From contig JAACPE010000003.1 of NCBI GenBank assembly GCA_009995595.1, forward strand, positions 12,871-76,870: DNA of 64,000 nucleotides, in the 5' to 3' direction. The notes beneath the pieces were generated by a model, which made no database searches, was not told where the DNA came from, and saw nothing but the letters and a program-made list of their open reading frames with translations. Below are positions 10,197-19,739 of this stretch, piece after piece. The stretch is from Alphaproteobacteria bacterium (lineage in GTDB: Bacteria; Pseudomonadota; Alphaproteobacteria; Micavibrionales; Micavibrionaceae). How positions within the stretch are numbered: position 1 is the first letter of the stretch; each line of letters opens with the position of its first letter. Both the position numbers and the translations under genes were made by a program.

Positions 10197-10936
10197 TACG
10201 CAGGCACTTCTTGGCCAGCGTAATCAAAGCATTTACCTGTGTCTTGCGCGGTTAAGCCATTGAGCGTTTGAAGCATGCCTTGCGCTGCATACTCAGGTGT
10301 AAAAAGCTTGTGCTCTGGCACATTGCCTTGGAAAGGCGCAGAAAGATCCGTTTTGACCGTCCCTGGATGCAGACCGACGATAACGGCTTCTTTATAACGG
10401 CGGCCAAATTCGATAGAGGCATTTTTGATGAGCATATTCAGCGCGGCCTTTGACGCGCGATAGGCGTACCAACCGCCCATTTCATTATCGGAAATACTGC
10501 CCACACGCGCCGATAGAGCGGCGAAGAATGATTTTCCCTCACGCGGCAAAAGCGGCAAGAAATATTTTGCCACAACAATGGGCGCTGTTGCATTGACCGC
10601 AAATATTTTTTCAAAGCTAGCCGCATTAATGTCCCGCATTGATTTTTCAGGTGCAATAGCTGCGCCATCGTTATGGAGCATGCCTGTAGCAACGATCACT
10701 CCATCGATTCCGGCATCGCTTTTGATTGCTTCGGCAATCGCCGCGATGTCATCTTCTTTAAGAATATCCATCGTATGATTGGATGTTTTAGGATTTGAAA
10801 AATCTGTGCCTGAGCGGGAAATGGCGTAGATTTTATCCACTGCGCTTGCAGCCTCCAGATGGGCAACAAAGGCCTGACCGATACCGCCCGAAGCCCCGAT
10901 GACAGCAATTTTTAACCCTTGTTTATACTCTAACAT
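10196..10936 (-). CDS. SDR-family oxidoreductase
   Basis: VIGASGGIGQA Rossmann motif and YRASKAALN (YxxxK). The stop overlaps the photolyase start by 1 nt. Confidence 0.85.
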   Translation of the reverse strand: MLEYKQGLKIAVIGASGGIGQAFVAHLEAASAVDKIYAISRSGTDFSNPKTSNHTMDILKEDDIAAIAEAIKSDAGIDGVIVATGMLHNDGAAIAPEKSMRDINAASFEKIFAVNATAPIVVAKYFLPLLPREGKSFFAALSARVGSISDNEMGGWYAYRASKAALNMLIKNASIEFGRRYKEAVIVGLHPGTVKTDLSAPFQGNVPEHKLFTPEYAAQGMLQTLNGLTAQDTGKCFDYAGQEVPA

Positions 10937-11144
10937 TTTATGGCGTTCCCCTTTGTTTATAATATAAAAAATACAATACGCGGTGATTTAAGGCAAAAAC
11001 AGTTAATCCTGTGTAATCTTATAAAACGTAACCCTCTGATTTTACAGTATTTTTATTTTCAATCGTTAAATAAGTAAGGATTTGTTATCCGTTTTTTGAT
11101 ACCATTAAAGAGTAAAAGGATTTTATGAATAATATACCTTGTAA

Positions 11145-11160
11145 TGGCACATCTATTGCA
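11145..11160 (+). promoter_or_regulatory. Sigma54 (-24/-12) promoter upstream of flagellin paralogue 1
   Basis: TGGCAC-ATCTA-TTGCA is an exact match to the TGGCAC-N5-TTGCW consensus. The -12 GC lies about 30 nt upstream of the ATG at 11189. Confidence 0.6.
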
Positions 11161-11188
11161 ATGCTAGGATAGCGGGTAGATATGAAAC

Positions 11189-12766
11189 ATGATTAAAGAC
11201 GTCAATTTAGGCGGTTCCCTCGGCGGAACATTAAACAGCATCAAGCGAGCGAGCGCGCAAGTTGAGCAGACTTCCTTGCGCCTGAATACTGGCAAGCGTG
11301 TTAATTCCGTTTTAGATCAGCCCCAAAATTTCTTTAACGCCTTTTCCCTTAATAACGATGCCAGTGATTATTCAAGATTGATTGATGGCCTAAGCATGGG
11401 CACGCGCACTGTCCAAGCATCATTATCGGGTTTAGAGGCGATTGAAAAAGTATTGCGCCTTGCTGAAAATAGAGCGCTTGAGGCGGCAACAACTTTAGAA
11501 AATACTAAATCGGCTCTACCCAATGCGATTTTGGCCGACAACCCGGTTGGATATTATCAGCTTTATGATGCAGATCGCATCGAGGCGGTGAATATTGGAT
11601 CACTCGCAGGGGATCCCAATGGCAATGGAACGTATATTAACGGTGTTTCCCAAGGCAAAGAGATTTTATTTTATGGCGCAGGCGGTCTCGCCGCAAAATT
11701 TGACGGTAACCAACAATATATTGGAATCTTGCCTAACGACTCCATCAATACCGCTGGGCCTTATGATGAAAAGACAATTGAGCTGACGTTTAATGCCGAC
11801 ACAGTTGCAGGGCGGCAAGTCTTGTTTGAAGAAGGGGGGCCCGTTAATAACCTTAATATTTATATTGATAATGGGCAGGTCTATGTGAATGGTCGTTCAA
11901 CTTTCGGCGGCGGATGGGGACCATTTAATATTAGCGCGCCAATCGAAGCGGGTGTGACCTATCAGGTTGCACTTGTGCTTGATGCCAATAACAACCGATT
12001 TTCCGGCGTGTTGAACGGCGAAGAATTTGGGTCAGCCTTCCTACCCGCCCCCATCGGAAGCCACCCCAATAGAAACGCAATTGGCGCGATTAATCAGGAT
12101 ATTTATTTCCATGATGACGGGCCAGGCAATGCACCAACGAACCGCCCCGATGGATCGTTCGCGTTTCGCGGCGAGATATCCGATGTCGCTTTTTATAACG
12201 ATGTGATTTCATTAGAAGGCTTACGCGCACGCTATGAGGCAACGTCCCTGCCCCTTGCTGAGCGTTTTCGGACCGAGATCATCGAGTTTATGAACCAGAT
12301 TAGCGGCATTGTCGAAGATAGCGCGTTTCGGGGTGTGAACTTACTTCAAGAAGATGAGTTACGTGTTGACTTAAACCAAGACCGATCGAATAAATTAGAA
12401 ATTAAAGGCGGTAATTTTTCATTAGAGTCGTTGGGTCTTGATGAAATTTCATTCCAAAAGCCATCACAAACCGAAGCGTCCATCCGAAAAATTCGTGAGG
12501 CGATTGAAACAATCCGTGAGTACACGTCAAAACTGACGAGCGATATTAATATCATTAATATGCGTGAAACATTCACGCGTGAGAAAATAAATACCCTTAA
12601 AGCGGGCGCTGATGATTTAACGCTCGCGGATATTAATGAAGAGGCGGCCAATCAACTCTCAGCGCAAACACGCTTGGAGCTTAGTGTGACGGCACTCTCA
12701 CTCGCTACTGCCTCGCAACAGAGCATTCTCACCCTTTTTAGCAATGGAACAGGGCAGGTTATCTAA
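11189..12766 (+). CDS. Flagellin-family protein with an inserted LamG/concanavalin-like central domain
   Basis: The N-terminus (LNTGKRVNSVLDQPQNFFNA...) and C-terminus (DDLTLADINEEAANQLSAQTRLELSVTALSLATASQQSIL) match the Bradyrhizobium-type flagellin D0/D1 helices. The centre (PVGYYQLYDAD...DPNGNGTYINGV...AAKFDGNQQYIGI...TIELTFNAD...FRGEISDVAFYN) reads like a Laminin_G_3 jelly-roll. Confidence 0.8.
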   Translation: MIKDVNLGGSLGGTLNSIKRASAQVEQTSLRLNTGKRVNSVLDQPQNFFNAFSLNNDASDYSRLIDGLSMGTRTVQASLSGLEAIEKVLRLAENRALEAATTLENTKSALPNAILADNPVGYYQLYDADRIEAVNIGSLAGDPNGNGTYINGVSQGKEILFYGAGGLAAKFDGNQQYIGILPNDSINTAGPYDEKTIELTFNADTVAGRQVLFEEGGPVNNLNIYIDNGQVYVNGRSTFGGGWGPFNISAPIEAGVTYQVALVLDANNNRFSGVLNGEEFGSAFLPAPIGSHPNRNAIGAINQDIYFHDDGPGNAPTNRPDGSFAFRGEISDVAFYNDVISLEGLRARYEATSLPLAERFRTEIIEFMNQISGIVEDSAFRGVNLLQEDELRVDLNQDRSNKLEIKGGNFSLESLGLDEISFQKPSQTEASIRKIREAIETIREYTSKLTSDINIINMRETFTREKINTLKAGADDLTLADINEEAANQLSAQTRLELSVTALSLATASQQSILTLFSNGTGQVI

Positions 12767-12769
12767 GCC

Positions 12770-14104
12770 TTACTTTATACGGCTTTGAACGGCTTTTGCG
12801 GGATCGAGATAATTATAGATATCCTCTGTAATATCGGCGCAGGCGCTCTGCATATCGGCAAGCGCCAGATCAGACAGTTTAGAGTTTTTTTCCTCTGCCA
12901 TTTTCACAATACGCCCTGTGACATGATGTGCCTCGCGGAATGGCATTTTGAGATGACGCACAAGCCAGTCAGCAATCTCGGTGGCTGTGGCATAACCATC
13001 TTCGGCAGCGGCGCGCATGCACGGTAAGTCAAAAACGGCGCTTTCCATCATCCCTGCCATCGCTTTAAGGCAAAGTGTGAGGGTATCAAAGGAGTTAAAG
13101 ACGCTTTCTTTATCTTCTTGCATGTCTTTGTTATAGGCAAGTGGCAAGGCCTTCATAACGGTCATGAGTTGCACCAGATTTCCTGTTAAACGCCCCGTTT
13201 TGGCGCGAACCAATTCGGCGGCATCGGGATTTTTCTTTTGCGGCATAATGGAGGAGCCTGTTGACCAGTCATCGGAGAGTTGAATAAAGCCAAATTGCGG
13301 GGTCGCCCAGATAATAATTTCTTCAGCCAAGCGCGACAAATTCAGGCCGCATTGCGCGGCGCAGAATAAAAATTCTGTTGCAAAATCACGTGCAGAGACG
13401 GCGTCCATTGTGTTGCTCATCGCGCTATCAAAGCCGAGCGCCTTGGCGGTCATATCGCGGTTTGTGTCAAAGCCCGTCCCCGATAATGCACACGCCCCAA
13501 GGGGAGATTTATTGAGCCGCGCACGGCAATCTTGAAAGCGGGTTTTGTCACGATCCAGCATGTGCCAATAACTATCCATGTGCATGCCAAGGGTGACAGG
13601 TTGCGCCACCTGCAAATGGGTAAAGCCGGGCATGATGTCATTTTTATGCTTATGGCTGAGTGTTTCAAATATCTTTTGAAGCGCCTCTATTTCGTCAATC
13701 AGTTGGTCACAGGCGCCGCGCACCCAAAGTTTAAAATCTGTCGCCACTTGGTCATTGCGCGAGCGCGCCGTATGAAGTTTACCGGCAACGTCACCAATCA
13801 GGTCTTTGAGGCGGCTTTCGATATTCATGTGAATATCTTCAAGAGTTTCTTTAAATTCGAATGTGCCGCTTTCAATTTCGGCGGCGATGAGGTCAAGGCC
13901 TTTGATGATGGCATCGGCATCGGCCTGATCAATAATTTTTTGCGCGGCGAGCATTGTGCAATGTGCCTTTGATCCTGCAATGTCTTGAGCCCAAAGGCGT
14001 TTATCAATCCCGATAGATGCATTGATCTGCGTCATGACATCAGAGGGCGCGGCGTCAAAACGACCACCCCACATTTGATTGCTGCTTTTTTTATCTTTTT
14101 TCAT
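12770..14104 (-). CDS. argH: Argininosuccinate lyase
   Basis: MWGGRFDAAPSD N-terminus and the fumarate-lyase signature GSSIMPQKKNPD. Confidence 0.95.
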   Translation of the reverse strand: MKKDKKSSNQMWGGRFDAAPSDVMTQINASIGIDKRLWAQDIAGSKAHCTMLAAQKIIDQADADAIIKGLDLIAAEIESGTFEFKETLEDIHMNIESRLKDLIGDVAGKLHTARSRNDQVATDFKLWVRGACDQLIDEIEALQKIFETLSHKHKNDIMPGFTHLQVAQPVTLGMHMDSYWHMLDRDKTRFQDCRARLNKSPLGACALSGTGFDTNRDMTAKALGFDSAMSNTMDAVSARDFATEFLFCAAQCGLNLSRLAEEIIIWATPQFGFIQLSDDWSTGSSIMPQKKNPDAAELVRAKTGRLTGNLVQLMTVMKALPLAYNKDMQEDKESVFNSFDTLTLCLKAMAGMMESAVFDLPCMRAAAEDGYATATEIADWLVRHLKMPFREAHHVTGRIVKMAEEKNSKLSDLALADMQSACADITEDIYNYLDPAKAVQSRIK

Positions 14105-14189
14105 ACAACTTTTGCGCCTTTGTTATCCATATCGTGTAATAAAGGAAAGCCTTTAAACTCGCAAGTATTTTGGGATTATAGGCCTCGAA

Positions 14190-17100
14190 TTAACCGTTTT
14201 GCGCGACTTGTAGCGCCTGTGTGCGCGGTGGCACCCAAACCTCCATGGCGCAAAATACACCCTGATCGAGGAACATTTCGCAGCGCCGATGAAGCGCGGC
14301 AAAGCTGTTATCATGGCCTGTGAAATAGGTTTCGGCGTCTTGCTCCAGCGAGGCAAGTTTTTGCAAGCCCTGATAGGTTTCAGGCGATAGTCTGGATTTT
14401 GCCAGTTTGGAGAGAAGCCCTTGAATTTTTGATTGCCCTTTTTGACCCACTTTAATTGTATAAAATGGTTGATCCATAAAAGGGGCATCAAACAAAGTTG
14501 GTTTTTTATAGCTCACATGAATTGCCACATTTTTACGGTCTTCGAGTAGCTCGATATTTTGGGCGTAAAGCGTATCTCCTTCGTATCCTACGTTGATAAC
14601 GCGCGGACTGGGGGCTGCCGCGCCGAAACGTTTGGCTGTTTTATGACTGACTTGCATTAAATATTGGCCCGGCGGGATTTTTGGTACAACGAAGAAACCA
14701 TCAATCGCAATGGGCGCTTTCACAATATTGTTTTTTCCATCCTTGAGCGAGAGCAATTCAATCTCCCCGCCTTTCATTGTTTTGACAGTGCCATTTTTAC
14801 CACGGATCATCACTGTTCCATCAATCTCACCTGACATGTGGACAGGAAATTCAATTTCGACAATTTCTCCTGCGCTCGGGAAGATTGACGCGCCTTCAAA
14901 ACCTGAAATCATATAAGGGTCAGGCAAGGTTTGATCATCTACAACGATATCTGTTGCCCGTACGCTCGGCAGGTTACGAATGAGGGAATAGCCTTTGTCG
15001 TTAGTCTCAGCGCGGCGGCGCACGTTAACACTTTCAACGATAACTTCTGGCAAAGGCTCATCATTTTCATCAAAAATTTTATTGCCGTTTTTATCATGAT
15101 AAACAAAGGCAGAGACAAGGCCGCGCCCAACGGTTTGTTCACTGGTGATAAGAGGCATAGAAGAGTCAGGTTGGTCGATGATATTAAAGTTAAGATTCAC
15201 CCCTGCGAAAATTTCATCATCTGAATCAATTTCAATAAAGGGCGAAGTTCTAAAGTTTTTGTGTGTGTAGTTTAAGTTTAAACGCGCCTCGGAAAAATCA
15301 CGATCTGGCTCATGATCAAGGAAAAGGTCGCTTGAAAATTTTTGGCTGGGGCGGTAGCTGAATTGTGAAAAATAACGATCAACGCCCTGCTCTGGTTTGA
15401 TTTCATAAGTAACACCGCCCCGCGCAAAAACACGTCCCATATTTGCCCGCAAGGATAATGTATTATCAAGACGATCTTCAGTGGCAAGCACATCATCAGA
15501 ATCAAATTTTTCATGCACTGTCGTGTTGCTGATATTATATTGCTTAAATTGATGAGAGAGGCCAAGGCGGTTTTCTATTAATTTTTGCCCCCCTGCATTT
15601 TCGGAATACCCCGATTGAACAGATATGTTTGATCTTGTTTGCGGTGAAATTTCGAAATTCTTTTGGGCGTTTAAGGACACATCAAGCACGCGTGGATTTG
15701 TGCTTTCATCGGCTTGATAATTTTCATCTTGCACAAGGCCGCGCAAGGCCAAGTTCCAGTCATTGATATTCTTACGGGCAACGAGCTGAGCGGCGGTATT
15801 GGCTTCATTATCGATCCCTGTATTCAAATCGAAAATGGTGTTGTTCCAGATTTTAGTACCACCGGCGGCGATAAAAGTTCTATTATCCCCTTCAATATCA
15901 CGGTTACGCACACCAACATAAGCGAGCGTATCGCCAATCACTTTATTAAAACGTCCCACAAAGTGGGGACTATCTTCATCAACATCGCCGTTGCTTATTT
16001 TTTGATAGGTTTGAGAGTCAGACAAAGACGCAGACACATCATAAGTATTGTTCTGACTGGCGAGTAATGCTTCGGTTACTGGGATATTAATTTTACGGTT
16101 TCTAATTTCCCCTTGCGGGCCATAGAAGAAGATCTCAAATAAGTTATCGCCAGCAAAAAGCTGTACATCAGAAAATTCATAACGGCCATCATTATCGACC
16201 AAAATTGAATCAACCAAAACGCCGTTACGATACAACTCAATATCCCATCCCGGTATGGCATCACCGTTAATATCAGTGGTTTCAAATTGTGTGTTGACCA
16301 GTTCACTGTTGCTGACGCGAAAGCCCAGCTCTTGGCGGGCATCGCCCGTCAGGGGAAGATCGGTTAAATCTGTATCCCCGATAGAATAGGATCGCGCCTG
16401 AAGCGGACCAAGCAACACAGGGTTTTCATTGCGTTTAGAAAGGCGCGTTCTAATCGCGCTGATTTGATCGCGGTCATTATAACTGGCGAGCGCGTAGGCT
16501 TCGTGTTTTAACGCCTGCCCTTCTATGGTAACGTTTGCATCATAGCGCGTATTGGCCTGTGCATTTTTTTGGCGGCGATACCGTGAGCCAAGACGCACAT
16601 CAGCCGTGTTAATATCAAACCAGTCATATTTGATTTCTTGGCGGGGCAAAATTGCCTCATTGTTATTGCCGCTTCCACTTGCATTTTTTTGAAGGCGGTA
16701 ATTACGCGCAACGCCCGGTAAAGGATACGGGCTTTCTATTTCTAAATATTGCTGTGAAACGTCTGCAATAAAAGACATATAAAGCCATTTGGATAAAGCC
16801 TCTTGGGAGACAAATATCTCTGACCCGTCTTTGAAATAATCTGCACCGGCAATTGCAAATTTTTGTTCCCGCGATTGAACGTCGCCTGATTGAAAATCAA
16901 GGTTAATTTCCCAATCTTCGCGCAAGAACCAGCCTTTGCCTTGCTCAGTATCTTCATCCCAATCAATAGCAAGTTCGAGAATGTCGATCATATCAAGGAA
17001 AGAGAAATATAAAGTATTATTTTTCTTAATTGCATAAATATCAAATTCATAGACCAAATTGCCAATTCGGGGGCGCAATAAAAGGGATTGCCCATCTGGT

Positions 17101-17348
17101 ATTTGGCTTAAAGCGCGGCGATTTTTATCAGCATTATTATCGCTATTATTTAGCGCGTTATTATAGACATAATTACTTTTTGTTTTTTGAACAAATTGCT
17201 TGGCAAGGTTCAATAATTTTGTCTGCTCTGGCGTATTTTGAGTCAAATTTTGGGCAAATGAAGTCGAAACACGAAGCACGATCGTGTTCATTGCCAACAA
17301 TATTAAAAAAAGCATGGCCGCTTTTTTGAGGGGCAGACGGTAAATCAT
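14190..17348 (-). CDS. Large secreted outer-membrane protein, candidate atypical usher / platform of the DUF4402 fibre locus
   Basis: The likely start is ATG 17348, giving the signal peptide MIYRLPLKKAAMLFLILLAMNTIVLRVSTSFA|QN; the ORF-track start 17510 adds an unlikely 54 aa. The centre is rich in alternating beta-strand sequence, consistent with a barrel. It also carries SdrD-B / CarboxypepD_reg-like modules (VYHDKNGNKIFDENDEPLPEV..., GEIDGTVMIRGKNG...) and a SPOR-like C-terminus. It is divergent from the subunit/chaperone genes. Confidence 0.55.
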   Translation of the reverse strand: MIYRLPLKKAAMLFLILLAMNTIVLRVSTSFAQNLTQNTPEQTKLLNLAKQFVQKTKSNYVYNNALNNSDNNADKNRRALSQIPDGQSLLLRPRIGNLVYEFDIYAIKKNNTLYFSFLDMIDILELAIDWDEDTEQGKGWFLREDWEINLDFQSGDVQSREQKFAIAGADYFKDGSEIFVSQEALSKWLYMSFIADVSQQYLEIESPYPLPGVARNYRLQKNASGSGNNNEAILPRQEIKYDWFDINTADVRLGSRYRRQKNAQANTRYDANVTIEGQALKHEAYALASYNDRDQISAIRTRLSKRNENPVLLGPLQARSYSIGDTDLTDLPLTGDARQELGFRVSNSELVNTQFETTDINGDAIPGWDIELYRNGVLVDSILVDNDGRYEFSDVQLFAGDNLFEIFFYGPQGEIRNRKINIPVTEALLASQNNTYDVSASLSDSQTYQKISNGDVDEDSPHFVGRFNKVIGDTLAYVGVRNRDIEGDNRTFIAAGGTKIWNNTIFDLNTGIDNEANTAAQLVARKNINDWNLALRGLVQDENYQADESTNPRVLDVSLNAQKNFEISPQTRSNISVQSGYSENAGGQKLIENRLGLSHQFKQYNISNTTVHEKFDSDDVLATEDRLDNTLSLRANMGRVFARGGVTYEIKPEQGVDRYFSQFSYRPSQKFSSDLFLDHEPDRDFSEARLNLNYTHKNFRTSPFIEIDSDDEIFAGVNLNFNIIDQPDSSMPLITSEQTVGRGLVSAFVYHDKNGNKIFDENDEPLPEVIVESVNVRRRAETNDKGYSLIRNLPSVRATDIVVDDQTLPDPYMISGFEGASIFPSAGEIVEIEFPVHMSGEIDGTVMIRGKNGTVKTMKGGEIELLSLKDGKNNIVKAPIAIDGFFVVPKIPPGQYLMQVSHKTAKRFGAAAPSPRVINVGYEGDTLYAQNIELLEDRKNVAIHVSYKKPTLFDAPFMDQPFYTIKVGQKGQSKIQGLLSKLAKSRLSPETYQGLQKLASLEQDAETYFTGHDNSFAALHRRCEMFLDQGVFCAMEVWVPPRTQALQVAQNG

Positions 17349-17635
17349 AAATGGGGCAAACGTTTGAGAGAAGAAAAGTGCAAACCGAAGAAAACTCTTA
17401 TATATCAAGGGTATGTTACCTGACATTTCTGTCAATAACAAATGTTTCGTTGATAACTGGCAAATCATCTTCATAGAACTTACATAAAATTTTTTATTAA
17501 TTTTAGGCAAGTTAATAATGTCTTAAATATTTTAGTATGATATTAATAGAGGAGTTATTAGTCGTCAGTGCGACAAATCGCAAAGTATTGCTATCGTTTA
17601 TTCATTAAGTATCATTTAGGAAGGAACCCTACACA

Positions 17636-18220
17636 ATGAAAAATACATCAAGATTTCTATTACTATCAGCGTGCGCGCTTGGTTTTGTCGCTTTTGGCAA
17701 TGATGCCAAGGCACAAACAGCAAACATGACTGCTACGGCAACTGTTCAAAACACTTTGACACTTGCAACACCTTTACAACTTAACTTTGGGTCATTTGCC
17801 GCCGTCCGTGACGCCGCGCAAACAGCCAGTATCACAGTAAGTGCGGCAGGCGTTGAATCTGTTGCGACAACTGGGGGTACTGCTGTGACAGCGGTTGTTG
17901 ATAACACGGCTGTTTCACAAGGTCAGATTACGGTTGCTGATGGTGCTGATGGCGCGGCCATAAATATCGTTATCAATAACGTGGTTGATCCGATTAACGG
18001 CGCTGAAAGCTTTGTCCTTGCTGGTTTTAGCACACGTTGGAATGGTGGCGCCCCTGTCGCAAGAACAGCAGCAACGCCATTTTCACAAACTTTTGATGCC
18101 GCTATTGGCCCAAACTTAAACGTGCTTGATATCGGTGCAACATTGACAACAACATTAGGCGCAGTGCCTTATACAGATGGTGTCTATAACGGTACATATG
18201 ACGTGGTGTTTAGCTACTAA
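17636..18220 (+). CDS. Secreted DUF4402-type fibre subunit (probable major subunit)
   Basis: Signal peptide ...AFGNDAKA|QT, an N-terminal LNFGSF motif, Thr/Ala/Val/Gly-rich composition without Cys, and the C-terminus GVYNGTYDVVFSY. This pattern is characteristic of DUF4402 and reminiscent of SCPU/Csu pilins. A strong terminator follows. Confidence 0.65.
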   Translation: MKNTSRFLLLSACALGFVAFGNDAKAQTANMTATATVQNTLTLATPLQLNFGSFAAVRDAAQTASITVSAAGVESVATTGGTAVTAVVDNTAVSQGQITVADGADGAAINIVINNVVDPINGAESFVLAGFSTRWNGGAPVARTAATPFSQTFDAAIGPNLNVLDIGATLTTTLGAVPYTDGVYNGTYDVVFSY

Positions 18221-18255
18221 TTACCTACCATAATATTTAAAATCGTAATAATAGA

Positions 18256-18282
18256 CCCCGCGCGTATGCAGCGGGGTTTTTT
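18256..18282 (+). terminator. Rho-independent terminator / attenuator after the first fibre subunit gene
   Basis: CCCCGCGC-GTAT-GCaGCGGGG stem followed by TTTTTT. Confidence 0.7.
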
Positions 18283-18339
18283 ATTTATTGCGCCCGTCAA
18301 ATTGTGATAAGAATAAAACATATCAGCGAGGGAAAAAAT

Positions 18340-19140
18340 ATGAAAACACTTAAGCTTCTTTTTGTCTTTATGGCAATCACCATCGGTTTACCACAAGCCG
18401 CGCAAGCCCGTATCGATATTTTGCCGCGCATTGTCATTATCGACAGTCGCGATCGCTCTGGTGAACTCACGATTTTGAACCTGTTTAATGAAACATCGAC
18501 TTTTCGTATGGATTTATTGAATTACCGTCAAAATGAAGACGGGGTCTATGCAGAGTTAGAAACACCGCTTAATCCCGCCTTTGATCCGGCGGAAGTGGTC
18601 CGTTTTTCACCACGCCAGTTTGAACTGACACGTGGCGGGCGGCAAAAAATTCGTTTGTCCATTCGTAAACCAGCCGATTTACCAGAAGGCGAATATCGTT
18701 TTCATATTAAGGCACTCCGCCTTGCCAATATTGATACGAGCCAAAGTGATAACAGTGTTGTTCAAATGTTTGCCAATGTGGGCGTTGCCATCCCCGTGAT
18801 TGTTCGCCATGGTAATGTGCAAGCCAGAGCCGCCCTTAAAAACCCGCGCATCATTGACCATACACGCACAGACAATGGCCGCCCTGCCTTACAGATAGAG
18901 ATAGAGCGCACGGGTAATGCGAGCGCTATTGGGGCTTTAGAAGTGTTATGGGAGCAGCCAGGAGAAAAACCGAAAAAAATTGGCGGTATTGCCAACATGA
19001 ATGTATTTACGGAAATTTCAAAAAGAATAGTCACTGTTCCCCTCTCTGAGTTACCATACGGGCAAGGCGCTTTGAAAGTACGCTACAGCAAGGGTGAAAA
19101 CAAAGGGGACGTTTACGATGAAATCATTGTTCAGCGGTAA
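18340..19140 (+). CDS. PapD-like periplasmic pilus chaperone
   Basis: I place the start at ATG 18340 after a GAGGGA Shine-Dalgarno, giving signal peptide MKTLKLLFVFMAITIGLPQAAQA. RIVIIDSRDRSGELTILN and FSPRQFELTRGGRQKIRLSIRKPADLPEGEYRFHIKA resemble the two conserved PapD N-domain segments. Confidence 0.7.
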   Translation: MKTLKLLFVFMAITIGLPQAAQARIDILPRIVIIDSRDRSGELTILNLFNETSTFRMDLLNYRQNEDGVYAELETPLNPAFDPAEVVRFSPRQFELTRGGRQKIRLSIRKPADLPEGEYRFHIKALRLANIDTSQSDNSVVQMFANVGVAIPVIVRHGNVQARAALKNPRIIDHTRTDNGRPALQIEIERTGNASAIGALEVLWEQPGEKPKKIGGIANMNVFTEISKRIVTVPLSELPYGQGALKVRYSKGENKGDVYDEIIVQR

Positions 19141-19606
19141 AAAATACATCGGCGCAGCCTTTATCCTGTTTTTAGGATTAGGGTCGCTTAGTGTGACAAA
19201 GCACAGCCACGCACAAACAATTACTGAAAATATCCCCCTTAGCTTTGGGAGATTTGTTTTGGTTGATAATAATGCCGTGCGGCGCTTACGTATTCGGACG
19301 AATTGTACAGAAAATGCCGATCCTGAATATATGTTCATCATTGATCCGCAATGTGGCAATTATACAGTAACAGGATACCCGCCGTTCACGCCGCTGACTG
19401 TGACGCTTGCGAACGGTGCGCTCAATGGCCCGGGTGCTAATATTTTTCGATTACGCGCTTTAGCAACCGTCCCCACAACCATTACAACCGATGCCACGGG
19501 TGAAGCCACATTTGAAGTGCGTGGGCGTCTCGATAGCTCGGGTAATGGCGGTGGTTATATTGATGGCGGTTACACTGGCAGTTTTACGATGACTGTGACA
19601 GATTAA
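19118..19606 (+). CDS. Secreted DUF4402-type fibre subunit 2 (minor or tip subunit candidate)
   Basis: Start at ATG 19118 (MKSLFSGKKYIGAAFILFLGLGSLSVTKHSHA|QT), overlapping the chaperone gene by 23 nt. It has the LSFGRF motif, one Cys pair and the C-terminus GGYTGSFTMTVTD. Confidence 0.6.
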   Translation: MKSLFSGKKYIGAAFILFLGLGSLSVTKHSHAQTITENIPLSFGRFVLVDNNAVRRLRIRTNCTENADPEYMFIIDPQCGNYTVTGYPPFTPLTVTLANGALNGPGANIFRLRALATVPTTITTDATGEATFEVRGRLDSSGNGGGYIDGGYTGSFTMTVTD

Positions 19607-19739
19607 TATCTTCTAATTCCCTGATATTATTTAATATTTTTTAAAATAATACACGCATAATTTGACTTAAACCCCAAATCAGCTTTATTTTTAACGTGGA
19701 GCGGTGTTTCTCATCGCACTTTCTAAAAGGGTACAGCGT

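Noticed and set aside
17349-17510. N-terminal 54 codons of the ORF-track model for the large outer-membrane protein, with similar 5' over-extensions at 37928..38095, 41879..41971, 53072..53176, 33301..33324 and 46003..46017
   Set aside because: Internal ATGs give canonical signal peptides, TM anchors or Shine-Dalgarno spacing, and they remove overlaps with neighbouring genes. The upstream extensions are AT-rich promoter-like sequence.
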